In this document: one piece after another, positions 7,744-14,246 of the stretch
Numbering within the stretch: position 1 is the first letter of the stretch
Layout of the letters: every line of letters starts with the position of its first letter
Assembly (NCBI GenBank): GCA_020852075.1
Contig: JADZBN010000048.1
Coordinates: 1 to 14,246, forward strand
Source of the DNA: Bacteroidia bacterium
GTDB lineage: Bacteria; Bacteroidota; Bacteroidia; AKYH767-A; 2013-40CM-41-45
DNA length: 14,246 nucleotides
Direction of reading: 5' to 3'
Program-made: the position numbers and the translations under genes
Notes under the pieces: generated by a model
Databases searched by the model: none
What the model was told of the DNA's origin: nothing
What the model saw: the letters and a program-made list of their open reading frames with translations, nothing else

Positions 7744-9297
7744 ATGTCTGGAAACAGGATATATAGTCCTTTGGGCTTTCTTTTCCCACATGCAATTGTC
7801 GGGATGCTGCTGATTGTTGCCTTCTCGGATACAACCACGGCTGCTGAAATTTCAGGAGATGACAGTGTCCTGACCACAAATTATGATTTCCTGAATACCG
7901 GTATTGAAGTTTCAAGGGATACACTGCTCCGGGTGAATGAAGGAGAAGTTCGGGCAGGATTGCTGTATGACCAGGTGAACAATAAAATTGTCTGGTCAAA
8001 GAATTCCGATCTGGCATATCCCATTGCCTCCCTTACCAAAATGATGGTAGCCTTACTTACCATGGAGGATATAAAGGCTGGAAAATTTTCATGGGATGAC
8101 ACGGTGAGCTGGCAGCGGAAAATGGTTGTGGGACACCGGAAACACAGAAGAACCATCACCAGTGAGGTCAGGTATTCGCTGCGGGATGTTTTCAAGGCTG
8201 CCATGATTGCTTCCAATAATGAATGTGCAGAACAGATGGCCCGGTATATCGGAAACGGTGACCTTCAGGCCACCATTGACAGGATGAATGCACGGGCGAA
8301 GGAACTTGGGATGACGCATACAAATTATATGAATCCTACCGGATTGCCGGAGGCAAGGGCGAGTATGGACAATGCGTCGTCACCGCTTGACCAGTTGTTG
8401 CTGTCCCTGGAACTGATAAGGTATGATGAGGTGAGGGAAATAGCTGCGCTTGGCTATGCATCCATTGACAACGGTAAGACTTCCAGCATCATCCGAAATC
8501 ACAATCACCTAACCATTGATTACAGCGGGGAGGTGGACGGTTTGAAGACAGGCTATACACGCAGGGCAGGATTTTGTCTTGCAGCCACCACGGCCAAGTG
8601 TGAGCACCGGCTTGTAAGTATTGTTTTCGGATGCCGTTCCCCAAGGCTCAGGAATGACCTGGTACGTGACATGATCAATGATTATTACAGCAATATCGGT
8701 CTTGATAAACTCGGGCCCTGTGTACCCGGCGGGGCCGTGGCGGCGGAAATCCCGGGCAAGGATGGAGACTACGTCAACATCACCGAACGGGTTAAGAAAG
8801 TTCATTATGTGAAAAAAGGAGAAACACTTTCTGAAATTGCTTCACGTTACGGCTGTTCGGTCATTCAGTTGAAAAAGTGGAATTCCCGTTCTCACCGTTC
8901 CAGCATTATTTATCCCGGACAGCGGTTTGCCATCTATACCTATGAAACACATAAAGTTTATGTAACCAATCCCGCCAATGGCAATGAAGAAGAGGATGAT
9001 AAACCCATATTAAGTGAAGAAGAAAAAGAAAAGGTAAATGCGGAAGAGGAAAAAGCCGACAGAACAGAAACGGGTACTGTTGCTCCGAAGGAAATGAAAA
9101 AAATCAGCCCTGCGAATGCACTCCGCGACGAAATCCCTGTACATTATATTGTCCATACCGTCTCCCCGGGTGACACACTTTTTAGTATTGCGAAGAAATA
9201 CAACTGTATTACCGTAGATGAGCTTCGCAAAATCAATAAGATTGAAAACAACTGCCTTAAGCCCGGAATGAAAATCAGGATTCCTGTTGCCGGATAA
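7744..9297 (+). CDS. Serine-type D-Ala-D-Ala carboxypeptidase (PBP5/6-like, peptidase S11) with two C-terminal LysM domains.
   Basis: SxxK motif (IASLTKMM), SxN motif (IASNNE) and KTG motif (LKTGYTR) in the correct order. N-terminal hydrophobic signal or anchor. Two LysM-like segments (HYVKKGETLSEIASRYGCSVIQLKKWN..., HTVSPGDTLFSIAKKYNCITVDELRKINKI...) separated by an E/K-rich linker. Confidence 0.8.
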   Translation: MSGNRIYSPLGFLFPHAIVGMLLIVAFSDTTTAAEISGDDSVLTTNYDFLNTGIEVSRDTLLRVNEGEVRAGLLYDQVNNKIVWSKNSDLAYPIASLTKMMVALLTMEDIKAGKFSWDDTVSWQRKMVVGHRKHRRTITSEVRYSLRDVFKAAMIASNNECAEQMARYIGNGDLQATIDRMNARAKELGMTHTNYMNPTGLPEARASMDNASSPLDQLLLSLELIRYDEVREIAALGYASIDNGKTSSIIRNHNHLTIDYSGEVDGLKTGYTRRAGFCLAATTAKCEHRLVSIVFGCRSPRLRNDLVRDMINDYYSNIGLDKLGPCVPGGAVAAEIPGKDGDYVNITERVKKVHYVKKGETLSEIASRYGCSVIQLKKWNSRSHRSSIIYPGQRFAIYTYETHKVYVTNPANGNEEEDDKPILSEEEKEKVNAEEEKADRTETGTVAPKEMKKISPANALRDEIPVHYIVHTVSPGDTLFSIAKKYNCITVDELRKINKIENNCLKPGMKIRIPVAG

Positions 9298-9346
9298 GGG
9301 AATTCCACGCTTTTTTCTTTTACTTTTACAGGCAAATTCGCGAATT

Positions 9347-9916
9347 ATGAAAATCCCGAATGGCCTGATGACATTTTTGTGTTCCATCCTGCTGACGCAC
9401 GCAGTGGCACAGAAAAGGACGGAAGTGACGCTACCTGCAGTACCCGTGGACAGCATTACAAAACTGATTACGTACGAAGGTGTCATCGAGGTGAAAGGGG
9501 CTTCGGCTGAGGTATTGTATGACCGCATTACAGATTGGTTCAAAAGCTTTTACAAGAATCCTTCTGAGGTAATACGGGAGAATGATACCGTCAAATTCAG
9601 GATTACCGGCAAGCCCAGATTTAAGATCCATAATCCGGAAGACAAAAACGGCTTGAAAACCGATGCCGGACTGGTTCAATACACCCTTACCGTGGCATCA
9701 AGGGAAGGAAGGTTTAAATATGAGCTTTCCGAATTCAACTGGAAGCAACTCTCTTATTTTGCCTGCGAAAGGTGGCTTGACAAAGAGTCATCATCGTTTA
9801 ATATCGCCTGGATTTCATACCTGGAACAACTGGATGCATATTCCAAAGAAGTAATTTCCTGCCTGAAAAACCGGGTGACAAAGGAAAAAATCGTCAAAGA
9901 CAGAGATAACTGGTAA
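9347..9916 (+). CDS. Secreted hypothetical protein; resembles the Bacteroidetes DUF4468 family by memory. Start chosen at the internal ATG that begins a signal peptide.
   Basis: MKIPNGLMTFLCSILLTHAVAQ reads as a signal peptide with an AxA-like cleavage site. The remainder has no catalytic motifs. It lies 61 nt upstream of the SPFH gene on the same strand. The ORF-track start at 9287 would overlap the carboxypeptidase end. Confidence 0.55.
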   Translation: MKIPNGLMTFLCSILLTHAVAQKRTEVTLPAVPVDSITKLITYEGVIEVKGASAEVLYDRITDWFKSFYKNPSEVIRENDTVKFRITGKPRFKIHNPEDKNGLKTDAGLVQYTLTVASREGRFKYELSEFNWKQLSYFACERWLDKESSSFNIAWISYLEQLDAYSKEVISCLKNRVTKEKIVKDRDNW

Positions 9917-9977
9917 TTCCCGGACAGGATACCGGAACACCATTGATACTACAAACAAACAACATTTACATACGAAC

Positions 9978-10844
9978 ATGGCAACCATCGGAATGACCCC
10001 CATTATTATCTTAATAATAATTATTTTCTTCCTCGGTGTACGGATCGTCAGGCCAACGCACCGCGGACTCATCGAACGACTCGGAAAATACCATCATTTT
10101 GCCAACCCGGGGTTTCACTGGATCATTCCGGTCATTGATAAAATGTATATGGTAAATATCACCGAGCAAATGATCAATGCTGAAAGCCAGGAGATCATCA
10201 CTTTCGACAATCTGAATGCACGGGTGGATGCTCAGGTATATTTTAAAATAAAATCGGATGAGGAAAATGTCAAGAATTCCCAATACAATGTGAACAACAT
10301 CACCTACCAGATAGTGAATCTTGCACGCACGACCCTCCGGAATATTATTGGTACAATGACCCTGAAATCCGCAAACAGCGAACGGGGAAAGATTAACAAA
10401 GGACTCTACACGACGCTTATGGAGGAAACTTCCGGATGGGGAATTGAAATAGTGAGGACTGAGTTGAAAGAAATAGATCCACCCAAGGATGTTCAGGAAA
10501 CCATGAACAAAATCGTGAAAGCAGAGAATGAAAAAATGGCCGCCATTGATTTTGCAACGGCTGCTGAAACAAAAGCGGATGGTGAAAAGAGGGCTGAAAT
10601 CAAAAGGGCAGAAGGCATCAGGACCGCTAAAATCCTGGAAGCGGAAGGAGAAGCCCAGGCGATTGCATTGGTCAATGAAGCTGCAGAAAAATATTTCGTC
10701 GGGAATGCCCAGATCCTAAGAAGAATTCAGGCATTGGAGACATCCCTGTCTGCAAATGCAAAAATCATTGTCCCTTCCGATAAGGACCTTGTCAATGTAA
10801 TCGGAGAAATGGCGGGAATTGTTCCATTACCCCGTAAGGACTGA
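9978..10844 (+). CDS. SPFH/Band-7 (stomatin/prohibitin-like, QmcA/HflKC-type) membrane protein.
   Basis: N-terminal TM helix (TPIIILIIIIFFLGV). SPFH core (IIPVIDKMYMVNITEQMINAESQEIITFDNLNARVDAQVYFKI). C-terminal Ala/Glu-rich coiled-coil region. Confidence 0.88.
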   Translation: MATIGMTPIIILIIIIFFLGVRIVRPTHRGLIERLGKYHHFANPGFHWIIPVIDKMYMVNITEQMINAESQEIITFDNLNARVDAQVYFKIKSDEENVKNSQYNVNNITYQIVNLARTTLRNIIGTMTLKSANSERGKINKGLYTTLMEETSGWGIEIVRTELKEIDPPKDVQETMNKIVKAENEKMAAIDFATAAETKADGEKRAEIKRAEGIRTAKILEAEGEAQAIALVNEAAEKYFVGNAQILRRIQALETSLSANAKIIVPSDKDLVNVIGEMAGIVPLPRKD

Positions 10845-10986
10845 TCCTCTTTCACCAGCACCGGAACAGGCGATCAGACTTGTTTCCGTTTCTTCGTTTC
10901 CGTCAACTGCCGGAATGAACGGCGAATTTTAAGTACCTTCAATTCGGACTTTACAGGTACTCCTTGTTTTCAGATCTCTTGGAAAT

Positions 10987-11024
10987 AAAAAAAAGGTTGG
11001 AGTCAATGGAAGATGAAGCCAACC
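10987..11024 (-). terminator. Candidate rho-independent terminator oriented for minus-strand transcription. It has no obvious minus-strand gene to terminate.
   Basis: On the minus strand: AGGUUGG - 18-nt loop - CCAACCU followed by UUUUUUUU (plus-strand A8 at 10987-10994). A 6-7 bp stem with 4 GC pairs. Confidence 0.4.
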
Positions 11025-11574
11025 TACAGATTCAAATATTCCTGTATTCCTCCAGGGATGTACAATACTACCGTCTTTTTGTAAAATCTGGCTGGTATAT
11101 GGGATTTCATTGAGAACACGGAATGATTCATTCAGAGTTCCTGACGGTTCACCCCAAAAATTGGAATCCGTCTCTAACATGGAAAAAGATGCATACATCA
11201 ATTCAGGAAAAACATCCATAGAATTTCAATTCTTATTCCATCGGTGTGTGATCCGGCAATCCAGGTTTGTAACCGGAGCGGGCAGCATTATTTTTGTCTC
11301 GATTTTTCATTAGCCATTTTTTTTAATCATGCATAAAATGGGGAATCATTGATGGTATATACCTTGTATGATATTGAGATGCCTTCCAGAAGTCAATGTA
11401 TGCCGGCATTTATACCAAAGCGGAATAAATCAAAATTTCGAATAAATTCAGTGAAGATTTGGAGATTTGAAAAATAATTCTCAAACTTTGTAATGCTAAG
11501 GTTTCAGTTCAGGGCCGCAATGATTCGTTGAAAGATTTTTGTAGTAAACATTACTAACACAAACAGGCCCTCCC

Positions 11575-12021
11575 ATGAAACGAAGTATTGAATCAGTATC
11601 GCTCTCCCTGCTTACGGGGCTGATGTTGTTTGGGGGAGCAGCTTATTCACAGCATCCTTACCCGGTGGTCAGTATGGATGTAAGCAATGTCGCCATTGCC
11701 GATACGATGCTCAGCGGACTTCCAGTGCTGGATGATTCCACCTGGTTTGAGACCACGATGCATGTTGCCGTGTATGACACCACGGGTATTGATTACCTGG
11801 AGGTGAAACTGGGAACCACAGAGGGTGGCTCTGAACTGCTTTCCAGGAATTTTTCGTTTGATGTTTCGGGGGGCCTGGGTGACGGCACCAGCTACCACAG
11901 GTTGGGATATGACATTGACTTAGGGCTGGGAAATTACCGGGGCCTGCTGAAGTATTTTGCCGGGCTGCGCATCAAACGCTCCGACGGTACCTATACCGGC
12001 ACATTTACTTTTTCCCGCTAA
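11575..12021 (+). CDS. Small secreted hypothetical protein (148 aa) immediately upstream of the giant surface protein.
   Basis: Signal peptide MKRSIESVSLSLLTGLMLFGGAAYSQ. Gly/Thr-rich, ends in ...GTFTFSR. 21 nt separate its stop from the next start. Confidence 0.55.
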   Translation: MKRSIESVSLSLLTGLMLFGGAAYSQHPYPVVSMDVSNVAIADTMLSGLPVLDDSTWFETTMHVAVYDTTGIDYLEVKLGTTEGGSELLSRNFSFDVSGGLGDGTSYHRLGYDIDLGLGNYRGLLKYFAGLRIKRSDGTYTGTFTFSR

Positions 12022-12042
12022 GACGTAAAAAAAGCTTTTCCC

Positions 12043-14246
12043 ATGAACACACCCATAAAAGTACTGTTAGCAGTATTCGCATTAAGCATGATAGAAATGG
12101 AAATTTCTGTAGCGGGAAATTTCACCTGGACCGGCAGCAGTTCCACGGACTGGAACACTTCCGGAAACTGGTCACCCTCTGGTGTTCCTGGAAGCGGGGA
12201 TACGGTCACCATTGTAACAGGATCGAACAATGTGTACCTGGCAGGGAATACTCCGGTAACAAAATTTACCATGACCTCCGGTACGGTAGACCTTCAGACC
12301 TATACACTCACCATCTCGTCAGCATCCACCTTTACCTCCGGACAGGTAAACAACGGGAACCTGGTGATGTACGGCACTTCCACCCTGATCTTTTCGGGAA
12401 CCCGGTTCGGGGCATCGGTATATGCAACTGGAAACTCTGTACTGCTGAACGGATCTACTTTTAACGATACCCTGAGCGTGGTGAAGAAAGGGGCAAGCGC
12501 CGATAACAGCAAGGGAGGAAATACCTTTAACGGCGCAGTATCCATTATAGACAGTGCCAATGCCAACCTGATCTTATCAGACAGCTTCCCGGATGTATTC
12601 AATTCAAGATTGTGGCTGGCCAACCAGGGTACTGCCAAAGTCTATGTAGCCCACAGGGGAACGGGCAATGAGTTTAACGATGATGTGACCTTTATTGGAA
12701 AGAACATCTGGTCGAATTACTACGGCACGGCTACTTACGATGGAGATATTACGTTCGATACCCCGGATGGAGAAGTCTATTTCGGTTATTCTACGGGAAG
12801 CTGCAGTCTGGGAGATGGTAAGAACCTGTATGTAGGGGGCAGTGGGTTCAGTGCAGGGTACCTGTATTTCAGGAATTTTACCCAATCCGACTCAACGGTA
12901 AGCATCAGCCTTACCCTGACCGGATCAGCAAGGATGTGGTTTGAAAGTGGATCCTCCTTTAAGGCAGAAATAAACGCCTCGGCTCCGTTTCTGTACCTGG
13001 ATGGAACCAGGTTCCTGGGAGAAGCCCATATAACCACAACGGGAACTTCCAGCAGTACTTCGGTAGGGGGCAGCTACTTTGCCAAAGCGACCACGATTTA
13101 TCATAATCCGGCCGGAGCCTGCACCTTTACAAGCGGGAATACCTACGTGGACACCTTTGCGGCCCCGGTACTACTAAAGAACGGAATAGGGACTATGAGC
13201 ATCAATAAATCCCTTTTCCAGGACAGTGTGACATTTCAAAATCTGAATACGGTTACAGGGTCGGATCGTTTTTACATCAGTAACAGCGGCAATGCGACCA
13301 TGGAAGGAGTGGTGACTTTAAGTAACGCACTGGCAGGGATGAATTTTGGCAACGCCGGGGGAACGACAACCCTGGACAGCAGTGCAAGGCTGAATGTGGA
13401 GGGCAGCTATACGGGCAATCTGACGCTGAAGAACTTTGTGCAGTTAGGCGCAAACCCGGTTTCAATTACCCTGAATAATACTTCCACCAAACTGATAGTC
13501 AACAGCGGAACCTCCTTTGAAGGGAACTTTACCTATTTCGGAAGGAATATACAGCTCAATGAAGCTACTTTTAATGATACTACAACCATAACAAGGTACG
13601 GAACCGGCGGGGACAATTGCACAGGCGGGAACACCTTTAATGGCCCGGCAACCATCATGGATTCCAGTGGCACCGGTCATAGCTTCATCATGGCTGGTAC
13701 CAGGGGGGATGATTTTAACAATACAGTTACCTTCATACAAAAGGGAACAGGGGTGAATCTCTACCCGGCTTATACCGGAACCTCAACCTTTGCAGCCGGT
13801 GTGATTTTTGACGGAACCTCGGCCATACAGGTGGGCTACGGCGGCGGAAAGGCGAAATTTGACGGAATCGGAACCCAGTCAATAAGCAGGATTGGCACCA
13901 ATACGCCTGTTTTCAAAAAAATAGAGCTCAGCAAAAGCTCGGGAAGCCTTGAACTGGAATCTCCCGTTACCCTGACCGATTCGCTGATTCTTAGCCGTGG
14001 GATCCTGCGGAGTGATTCCATAAATTTATTATGTTTAAATGACAATTGTATTGCAACAGCAGGCAGTGACAGCGGTTATGTGGAAGGCTTCATGAAAAAG
14101 ACAGGAAACGATGCGTTTACCTTTCCCCTGGGGGCAGAGGAACTGGCACATCCGTATCATCCGATGCGTATCAGTTCACCCGCATCCTCTGCCGATGCTT
14201 TTCTTGCTGCATACCTGGCTGAGCAACAGCCGTTGGGCGATGACAT
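12043..14246 (+). CDS. Large secreted beta-solenoid/adhesin-like surface protein, N-terminal part. It is 3'-truncated by the window end and absent from the ORF track because it has no stop inside the window.
   Basis: Open frame of 734+ codons with no stop from ATG 12043 to the window end. Signal-like N-terminus MNTPIKVLLAVFALSMI. An N-terminal NFTWTGSSSTDWNTSGNWS motif that I recall as common at the start of Bacteroidetes large beta-helix or T9SS-cargo proteins. Asn/Gly/Thr/Ser-rich. Internal repeat (LNGSTFNDT...GGNTFNGAVSI at 12445; LNEATFNDT...GGNTFNGPATI at 13555) with a period of 1110 nt (370 aa). Seven consecutive short minus-strand ORFs across this span are its shadow ORFs. Confidence 0.8.
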   Translation, partial: MNTPIKVLLAVFALSMIEMEISVAGNFTWTGSSSTDWNTSGNWSPSGVPGSGDTVTIVTGSNNVYLAGNTPVTKFTMTSGTVDLQTYTLTISSASTFTSGQVNNGNLVMYGTSTLIFSGTRFGASVYATGNSVLLNGSTFNDTLSVVKKGASADNSKGGNTFNGAVSIIDSANANLILSDSFPDVFNSRLWLANQGTAKVYVAHRGTGNEFNDDVTFIGKNIWSNYYGTATYDGDITFDTPDGEVYFGYSTGSCSLGDGKNLYVGGSGFSAGYLYFRNFTQSDSTVSISLTLTGSARMWFESGSSFKAEINASAPFLYLDGTRFLGEAHITTTGTSSSTSVGGSYFAKATTIYHNPAGACTFTSGNTYVDTFAAPVLLKNGIGTMSINKSLFQDSVTFQNLNTVTGSDRFYISNSGNATMEGVVTLSNALAGMNFGNAGGTTTLDSSARLNVEGSYTGNLTLKNFVQLGANPVSITLNNTSTKLIVNSGTSFEGNFTYFGRNIQLNEATFNDTTTITRYGTGGDNCTGGNTFNGPATIMDSSGTGHSFIMAGTRGDDFNNTVTFIQKGTGVNLYPAYTGTSTFAAGVIFDGTSAIQVGYGGGKAKFDGIGTQSISRIGTNTPVFKKIELSKSSGSLELESPVTLTDSLILSRGILRSDSINLLCLNDNCIATAGSDSGYVEGFMKKTGNDAFTFPLGAEELAHPYHPMRISSPASSADAFLAAYLAEQQPLGDD

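Noticed and set aside
7417-8017. Minus ORFs 7417..7650, 7647..7877, 7724..8017 in and around the long spacer
   Set aside because: They are AT-rich chance frames; the translations are rich in F, I and K. They overlap the 3' end of the amidohydrolase or the 5' end of the carboxypeptidase gene.
9298-9346. GGAATTCC palindrome plus T-rich run after the carboxypeptidase stop, considered as a terminator
   Set aside because: The self-complementary octamer cannot form a hairpin with a loop. No stable stem precedes the T-run.
7881-9679. Minus ORFs 7881..8216, 8089..8319, 8509..8805, 9010..9543, 9144..9335, 9431..9679 and the plus ORF 9663..9854
   Set aside because: Antisense or alternate-frame ORFs within the carboxypeptidase and DUF4468-like genes.
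9815-10719. ORFs 9815..10072(-), 10011..10283(-), 10493..10675(-), 10528..10719(+)
   Set aside because: They overlap the SPFH gene, which has unambiguous family motifs.
10929-11313. ORFs 10929..11219(-) and 11110..11313(+) in the 730-bp gap
   Set aside because: The minus ORF reads through the hairpin and U-run of the candidate terminator. Neither ORF has secretion signals, motifs or protein-like composition. They are treated as non-coding pending conservation data.
11647-14045. Chain of minus-strand ORFs (11647..11898, 12018..12272, 12300..12638, 12604..12885, 12786..13037, 13277..13465, 13462..13740, 13836..14045)
   Set aside because: They lie antisense to the small secreted protein gene and to the long uninterrupted plus-strand frame 12043..14246. 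That frame has a signal peptide, an internal protein repeat and a coherent composition, so the minus ORFs are shadow ORFs.
1-14246. CRISPR arrays, tRNA/rRNA genes, integrase/transposase, toxin-antitoxin or known defence-system genes
   Set aside because: No direct-repeat/spacer periodicity, no cloverleaf-compatible segments, and none of the translated ORFs carry recombinase, nuclease or toxin motifs.

Overview
The window appears to be a Bacteroidota-type chromosomal segment (inferred from Bacteroidetes-style secreted proteins, a TAnnTTTG-like -7 element, and little use of Shine-Dalgarno). It is mostly housekeeping and cell-envelope genes. Left to right: a pseudouridine synthase (RluB-like, +) converges on a minus-strand run of four tightly packed genes, rlmN -> ispB -> a membrane-anchored alpha/beta hydrolase -> dnaG; the hydrolase and dnaG overlap by ATGA. 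An amidohydrolase-superfamily gene is transcribed divergently from rlmN. A long AT-rich spacer carrying a perfect palindrome precedes a PBP5-type DD-carboxypeptidase with two C-terminal LysM domains. Next come a small secreted protein (DUF4468-like by memory) and an SPFH/stomatin-family membrane protein. A 730-bp non-coding gap follows, holding a terminator-like hairpin plus U-run oriented for the minus strand. The window ends with a small secreted protein and the start of a very large Asn/Gly/Thr-rich beta-solenoid-type surface protein with a ~370-aa internal repeat. That last gene runs off the window, so it is missing from the ORF track. I found no CRISPR array, tRNA or rRNA gene, integrase or transposase, toxin-antitoxin pair, or recognisable defence system. 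No novel multi-gene system can be asserted from sequence alone. The most unusual things are the long non-coding gap with a minus-oriented terminator, the adhesin-like two-gene module, and the primase/hydrolase translational coupling. Product names come from motifs I read directly in the translations; no database search was run.
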